A DNA stretch of 64,000 nt from Candidatus Falkowbacteria bacterium (GTDB lineage Bacteria > Patescibacteriota > Patescibacteriia > CAIXNZ01). The stretch spans positions 469,695 to 533,694 of the forward strand of contig CAVZGV010000003.1 of NCBI GenBank assembly GCA_963774955.1, written 5' to 3'. The translations under genes and the position numbers were made by a program. Shown in pieces: positions 59,297 to 64,000 of the stretch. Numbering within the stretch: position 1 is the first letter of the stretch; each line of letters opens with the position of its first letter. The notes under the pieces were generated by a model. It worked only from the letters and a program-made list of their open reading frames with translations. It ran no database searches and had not been told where the DNA came from.

Positions 59297-59337
59297 GACA
59301 AAAAGCGCAAAAAAATCGCCCCGGTTGGAGCGATTTT

Positions 59338-59541
59338 TTAGTTTTCACCAATTTTTTGGTACTTTTTCTTGCAAACCGTACAAATACGTACATTAATCTC
59401 ACCTTCTTTGGTATTGATCGTAGTCCTCAGATGACTATTATTACGGTCGCCACAATGGGGACATTGATTACCAATGGCTTTTTTAATGTCATTTTTATGT
59501 TGTAGCCATCTTTTTCTAGGTCTTTTTTTTGCCTGTGCCAA
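59338..59541 (-). CDS. Small basic zinc-ribbon protein (67 aa, TTG start)
   Basis: SD AAGGAGGG 5 nt before TTG; CPHC...CTVC; own promoter (TTGACT-17-TAAAAT, 59639-59667) and terminator (59309-59339). Confidence 0.6.
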   Translation of the reverse strand: MAQAKKRPRKRWLQHKNDIKKAIGNQCPHCGDRNNSHLRTTINTKEGEINVRICTVCKKKYQKIGEN

Positions 59542-59700
59542 TATATCCCTCCTTAAATTATATATTGGGAGGAGGCTGGGGTTCCCCGGCACTTCTAGTG
59601 CGATGTTACTCAGCCTCCTCCCCCGATGGTACGTAAAAATTTTATTACATAATTTACGGATAGTCAAGCGGAATTAAAAAGAGGGCTTATTAGGGCCCTC

Positions 59701-59988
59701 TTACAGATAAAATTTGTCCAATACAGCCTGCATTTTTTGCCGGCCGACCGGATTGGATGTCACCAGGACGATCTGTCCGGGTAAAAATTCAGGATGCTCT
59801 TCCAGCCAGCACAGAAGCTGATAGCCGTTTTTCGGCTCAGGCTGACCCAGATCATGATCCAGGTATAGAACGTCCCAGTTGCCTTCTTTTAAGGCTTTCA
59901 GCCCAGCTTCAAAGGTCCTGGCGATTTGGGTCATGCCATCATATTCCCGCTGGTCGTCAATTAGTAATTTTCTCATATTTTCGCTCAT
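59701..59988 (-). CDS. Stand-alone receiver-like domain (cyclic-phosphate-processing receiver type)
   Basis: LLIDDQR, LYLDHDLG...GYQLLCWLEE, TSNPVGR; SD AAGGAGG. Confidence 0.75.
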   Translation of the reverse strand: MSENMRKLLIDDQREYDGMTQIARTFEAGLKALKEGNWDVLYLDHDLGQPEPKNGYQLLCWLEEHPEFLPGQIVLVTSNPVGRQKMQAVLDKFYL

Positions 59989-60155
59989 GTTCCTACCTCC
60001 TTATAGGCTGTACAGTAATATAAAATATTAACAAATTTATTTAATTTTGTCAAATACCATTTGATTAAGCACCAAATATCAAACCATAAATTACAAATAA
60101 ATCTTAATTTCAAAGTTTCAATATTTAAATTTGTTTATAATTTTAATTTTGCTAT

Positions 60156-61412
60156 TTAAAAATCCTGTTCACAATAAGAAACTTGAGATTCTTTCTCCTC
60201 TACATTTACGGATTTTCTAAAACCCACTCTGTCCGGCGTATTGTCAGCAGTCCCCCACATGGTGCCTGAACAAATTGTGTATTCACCAAATTTATCATTA
60301 ATCTGATCTAATGCCAGAGTCAGATTTTTTTGTTTTGGCGCATAGAATAAATTGAGCTGACCGGAAAAGCGTTGTAATTTAGTGACTGAGACAGCCAGCA
60401 TATAAACCTTGCCTTGGGGCCAATTGGATTCAATAAGTTTATAAGCAGATTTAAAAATATTATGAGTAGTAAACAAAGGTTCTTCTGTTTTATGGCTTTG
60501 CCAAAAACCACCACCGTACTTAAGACTGTAGCCGGCAGTAATGCCCCTGGCTTCCAGTTGGCTTTCCCGCAATCTGCGACCGGTTTTTTCGCATAATTTC
60601 ATTAAAATGGCGCTTAAATATTTGGGATCATTAGTTTGCTTGGGAATGCAATAAGAATGGCCGATTGACTTTGGCAGGATTTCCTCCTGGGTTCTGACGC
60701 CTTCAATTTCAATGCCATTGGCATTGGCCCAGAGATAATAGCCTGGTTTGCCAAGAGATTGCAGCAGATTGGCCACAGGATGCCGCTTGAGGTCATTTAG
60801 GGTAAAGATACCCAATTGGTTTAAACGACGTTCTGTGGCCGCCTTAATGCCCCAGGCTTCAGTGATTTTGACTGACTTAAAGATTTCTTCCATTTTGGGG
60901 ATAGTATCAATAACCAGGTAACTGTCTTTAGGACAGATGTCCGAAGCAAACTTGGCCAGAAAGCGGGTCCAGGACAGGCCGCAGGATGAAGTCAGCCATT
61001 CCCCCACTTCTTTTTTAACTCGCTGTTTAATTGACTGAATTATTTTTTCGCCTTGTTCCCAAGTTTTAATATAACCGGTCAAATCTAAAAAAGCTTCATC
61101 AATACTGTAAGGCTCAATTCTTTCCGTATAGTCGTTAAAAATGCTAAAGATCCTTTCTGTGGTAGAGCGGTACTTGGCCGGTTCATTTTCAATTAAAACC
61201 ACTTCCGGGCATAATTTTTTAGCGTCTTTAACCAGGCACCCTGTTTTAATGCCCAGCTTTTTGGCTTCCTTGGAAGAAGCAATTATACAGCCATTTGGTG
61301 ACATATAGGCAACCACACCCACTGGTTTGCCGCGCAAAAAAGGATTGGCCTGCTGTTCCACAGAGGCAAAGTAGGAGTTCATGTCGATATGTAAAATAAA
61401 GTTATTAGGCAT
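60156..61412 (-). CDS. dinB: DNA polymerase IV (Y family)
   Basis: HIDMNSYFASVE, SIDEAFLD, KSIGHS. Confidence 0.95.
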   Translation of the reverse strand: MPNNFILHIDMNSYFASVEQQANPFLRGKPVGVVAYMSPNGCIIASSKEAKKLGIKTGCLVKDAKKLCPEVVLIENEPAKYRSTTERIFSIFNDYTERIEPYSIDEAFLDLTGYIKTWEQGEKIIQSIKQRVKKEVGEWLTSSCGLSWTRFLAKFASDICPKDSYLVIDTIPKMEEIFKSVKITEAWGIKAATERRLNQLGIFTLNDLKRHPVANLLQSLGKPGYYLWANANGIEIEGVRTQEEILPKSIGHSYCIPKQTNDPKYLSAILMKLCEKTGRRLRESQLEARGITAGYSLKYGGGFWQSHKTEEPLFTTHNIFKSAYKLIESNWPQGKVYMLAVSVTKLQRFSGQLNLFYAPKQKNLTLALDQINDKFGEYTICSGTMWGTADNTPDRVGFRKSVNVEEKESQVSYCEQDF

Positions 61413-61458
61413 TGGTAATTAGTAATTGGTTATTGGTAGGGCGAAAACGGCTGAATTC

Positions 61459-61490
61459 GGAATCCAATTCCCAATTGGGAATTGGATTCC
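61459..61490. repeat. Perfect 32-bp palindrome
   Basis: GGAATCCAATTCCCAATTGGGAATTGGATTCC. Confidence 0.85.
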
Positions 61491-61561
61491 TTGATGAGAA
61501 CTTTTTTATTTAATACGAATACGTAAAACACTTCTTTCCCTTCTTGCCCGCCTACCCCCTC

Positions 61562-61810
61562 TTACCCTTCTGAATACACCTCCTCAATCCGCCACCTCAA
61601 ATTATTGGTCTCAAAAACCAATTTGAAGTAATTACTCTGGCTGGTCACGGAAAAGTAAACCAACTTGCCATCCCCTGTCCTTTTTTCATAAACCAGGTTA
61701 ATTTTTTCCACTACCCATTTTTTGCCGGCGTACTTAAAAATAAGCGGTTGCGCGCCGTTCTTGGTGAATTTGGTGATGACTTCGATTGGTTCGTTGAGCT
61801 TAGTTAACAT
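61562..61810 (-). CDS. Small beta-rich protein (DUF6504-like) upstream of dinB
   Basis: PIEV...P..FKY.GKKW.V...YFSV...FKLVF....W pattern; first gene of the SOS-type cassette. Confidence 0.65.
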   Translation of the reverse strand: MLTKLNEPIEVITKFTKNGAQPLIFKYAGKKWVVEKINLVYEKRTGDGKLVYFSVTSQSNYFKLVFETNNLRWRIEEVYSEG

Positions 61811-61900
61811 ATAATCGGAACCACGAAAATTGTGCACGAAAAATCACTAAAGCCGTTTTTCGTGTGTTTTCGTGATTATAATTTCGTGGTTCGTCCTTCT

Positions 61901-61930
61901 ATTATAAGCCGAACAAAAACCGAATGTCAA
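61901..61930 (-). promoter_or_regulatory. Sigma70 promoter with candidate LexA direct-repeat operator in its spacer
   Basis: Minus strand TTGACA-18 bp-TATAAT; spacer contains TTCGG-N6-TTCGG (61909-61924). Confidence 0.7.
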
Positions 61931-61937
61931 ATAAAGC

Positions 61938-62026
61938 TGCAAATTTACAAATCAATACAAATAGTTACAAATGTGTTGAACCCTAACTTTATTTGTAATA
62001 ATTTGTAAAAGATTTGTATATTTGTA
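61938..62026. repeat. Inverted arrays of short tandem repeats
   Basis: Four (T)ACAAAT-like units facing four ATTTGTA units. Confidence 0.7.
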
Positions 62027-62083
62027 ACAAATACAAAAACATCCCCTTGCGAGGATGTCTTTGGTATCTTGGTAAGTTATAGA

Positions 62084-62281
62084 TTAAAATCTATCTCTTG
62101 AAAAAGATTTCTTCCTATTTCTGTTGCAATCGCGGCAATAAACCGGGCGATCACCAGAAGGTTGGAAAGGTAACTGGGTGATAGGAGCGCTACATTCAGC
62201 GCATTTCAAGTTCAATGCAGTAACATCGAACATTGGTCTTTGTCCACCACCATTGTCACCCTGATAATTTGAATAAGCCAT
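62084..62281 (-). CDS. CxxC-x17-CxxC domain protein
   Basis: CAEC...LPFQPSGDRPVYCRDC; terminator at 62036-62063. Confidence 0.9.
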   Translation of the reverse strand: MAYSNYQGDNGGGQRPMFDVTALNLKCAECSAPITQLPFQPSGDRPVYCRDCNRNRKKSFSRDRF

Positions 62282-62432
62282 AGTAAGTACTTGTGACAAG
62301 GTTTCCCTTGTAAATTTAAATTAATTGGTTTTTGCCTTGCCGACTCAATATCGCTTTGGGCGAATACAAGGACTTAACTTTGACTTATTGAATATTTCGC
62401 TAAGTTTTGAGTTAAAATAACCATTTGCTTAC

Positions 62433-62461
62433 ATTATACAGGATTTAAAAGATTCTGTCAA
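62433..62461 (-). promoter_or_regulatory. Consensus sigma70 promoter for the CxxC-x17-CxxC gene
   Basis: Minus strand TTGACA-17 bp-TATAAT. Confidence 0.75.
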
Positions 62462-62521
62462 TAGTCATGACCAGAGTGCTTAAGCTTGAAAAATTAGCTG
62501 GAATTTGTAAAAATTAAGGGT

Positions 62522-63394
62522 ATGAACTGTAATTTATGCCCTCATAATTGTAATGCTGACCGGATCACTAAATTCGGTGTCTGCCAGGCGCCGCTAGATT
62601 TTAAAATTGCCCATATTCAGCTTCATAATTGGGAAGAACCTTGTATTTCAGGTTCAAATGGTTCTGGTACTATCTTTTTTACACACTGCAATTTAAAATG
62701 TGTCTTTTGCCAAAATTACGAAATTTCTCAATTGGGCCAGGGTAAAATTTTGTCTAAAAATGACTTCTTGGGTCTTTGCCAAAAACTCAAAGAACAAGGA
62801 GCGCATAACTTAAACTTTGTTACCCCGACGGCATATTCTGATTTGCTAATTAAGCTATTGCCGGAAATTAAAGAAAAGACAGGCTTGCCCATTGTCTGGA
62901 ATTCCAATAGCTATGAAAAAGTTGAGACTTTAAAACAATTAAATGGTTTAGTTGATGTTTATTTGCCTGATTTAAAATATGCCGGCAATGATTTGGCGGT
63001 AAAATATTCCCAGGCTCCAAACTACTTCCCTGTTGCTTTAGCCACCATTAAAGAAATGGTCAGCCAAGTCTCTGATATTGAAATTGATGAACAAGGGTTA
63101 ATAACCAAAGGAGTTATTATCCGTCATATGAACTTACCTGGTCATATTGAAGATTCAAGAAAAGTCCTAAAAGCCATTAAAGATAATTTTGGCACTCGAG
63201 TCTGGGTTAGTTTAATGGCCCAATATTACCCTGCTTATAAAGCCAAAGATTATCCTGAAATAAATAAAACCTTAAGTCAGCAGGAATATAAGGAAATTAA
63301 GGAATATTATAATGAATTAGGTTTTGACGGGTATGTGCAGGATTTGAGTTCAGCGACTGAAGAATATACGCCAAAATGGCCGTTGTCACCCTGA
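62522..63394 (+). CDS. Radical SAM protein, PflX-like
   Basis: CNLCPHNC, WEEPCISG..GSGTIFF, CNLKCVFCQN, YLPDLKY. Confidence 0.88.
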   Translation: MNCNLCPHNCNADRITKFGVCQAPLDFKIAHIQLHNWEEPCISGSNGSGTIFFTHCNLKCVFCQNYEISQLGQGKILSKNDFLGLCQKLKEQGAHNLNFVTPTAYSDLLIKLLPEIKEKTGLPIVWNSNSYEKVETLKQLNGLVDVYLPDLKYAGNDLAVKYSQAPNYFPVALATIKEMVSQVSDIEIDEQGLITKGVIIRHMNLPGHIEDSRKVLKAIKDNFGTRVWVSLMAQYYPAYKAKDYPEINKTLSQQEYKEIKEYYNELGFDGYVQDLSSATEEYTPKWPLSP

Positions 63395-63477
63395 GCCCTT
63401 CGGCTTCGCTCAGGGCAGGCTCCGTCGAACGGGTGGCGCCGACGGTGTCTATGGTTCGACTATGCTCACCATGACAA
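63383..63477. repeat. Nested palindromic REP-like element overlapping the radical SAM stop codon
   Basis: TTGTCACCCTGAGC[CCTTCGGCTTCGCTCAGGGCAGGCT]CCGTCGAAC...GTTCGAC..GCTCACCATGACAA. Confidence 0.7.
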
Positions 63478-63490
63478 GGGATCTTTAAAC

Positions 63491-63523
63491 AAAAAACCCC
63501 GAACGAGTGTCCGGGATTTTTTT
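63491..63523. terminator. Bidirectional terminator
   Basis: AAAAAACCCCG...CCGGGATTTTTTT. Confidence 0.65.
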
Positions 63524-63530
63524 ATTAAGT

Positions 63531-63803
63531 TTAATCTTTGCCCCAGAATTCATCTGCTTCATTTTCCATTTTCTCCAAGCGGGTGTAATAATCGGCAAAT
63601 TCGTTTAAATGCGCTAAGGCAATTTTACCGGTCATAATAGGATCATCATTGGTCACATTGGTACTGGGGCTGACTGTGCCGTGTTCCAATTCCACATCCA
63701 GGCCCATGCGAAATTGCTCAACGTCCCATTTTGACCAATCAATACCCAATTTGGCGCCGATTTCTTCTGCTTGTTCAGCAGTAAAGACTTTTTTTTCTGA
63801 CAT
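63531..63803 (-). CDS. DUF5661 family protein
   Basis: FRMGLDVELEHG...TGKIALAHLNEFADYYTRL. Confidence 0.8.
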   Translation of the reverse strand: MSEKKVFTAEQAEEIGAKLGIDWSKWDVEQFRMGLDVELEHGTVSPSTNVTNDDPIMTGKIALAHLNEFADYYTRLEKMENEADEFWGKD

Positions 63804-63807
63804 AATT

Positions 63808-63999
63808 TTATTTATTTAGATAATAAATATTCATGGCCAAAAAAGTGGCAAAGGCCACCCAGGCAGCATAAGGTAAAAGCAAACCGGCTGCCAAGCGGGA
63901 CAATGGCCAAGCCAAAATTATGATGGCGATTGTTGAGGCTTCCAAAAATATCATTTCAAAGATTGATGCCAGAATCATATGCTGGTTAAAAAACAGTAA
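63808..63999 (-). CDS. tspO: TspO/MBR tryptophan-rich sensory protein (3' part only)
   Basis: Hand translation LLFFNQH...SRLAAGLLLPYAAWVAFATFL matches the TspO LxPYxxWxxFA motif; not in the ORF track. Confidence 0.85.
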   Translation of the reverse strand, partial: LLFFNQHMILASIFEMIFLEASTIAIIILAWPLSRLAAGLLLPYAAWVAFATFLAMNIYYLNK

Positions 64000-64000
64000 G

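Noticed and set aside
676-60796. Numerous 60-140 aa ORFs antisense to or overlapping real genes (e.g. 676-975, 22138-22449, 49063-49488, 59757-60023)
   Set aside because: Shadow ORFs with no recognisable motifs or translation signals.
1-64000. tRNA/rRNA genes and alternative genetic code (TGA readthrough)
   Set aside because: No cloverleaf or rRNA signature was recognised. Conserved genes are full length in code 11, and the premature stops are explained by frameshifts.

Overview
AT-rich bacterial chromosome segment (genetic code 11). Gene content and protein style point to a CPR/Patescibacteria (Parcubacteria-like) genome; this is inferred. Bases 1-20.4 kb hold one co-oriented cluster of exported proteins. 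Six paralogues share a C-terminal domain ending P-x-G-x-[YF]...[GA]NF or PVF. The cluster also has a DUF916/WxL-interacting-type membrane protein, an adjacent dockerin/cohesin pair, two ~1000-aa beta-propeller proteins, a LamG adhesin and a four-helix-bundle gene bracketed by inverted repeats. Housekeeping genes follow (proS, mreBCD-mrdA, greA, lysS, serS, ftsQ, a Xer recombinase with a dif-like site). At 36-45 kb, a minus-strand envelope cluster has three tandem VirB2-like pilin / peptidoglycan-hydrolase fusions with different catalytic heads, an M23 peptidase, gltX, a TagA-Nudix fusion and an L,D-transpeptidase. The rest contains amrS/B/A, an adenylate cyclase, CIRCE-controlled clpB, a candidate structured ncRNA, a PriA lacking Walker A, two NYN proteins, def-fmt, a dinB SOS cassette and small genes. 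Five single-base insertions (propeller gene, lysS, clpB x3) look like sequencing errors. No rRNA, tRNA or CRISPR array was recognised. All domain calls come from reading motifs by eye, not from database searches.
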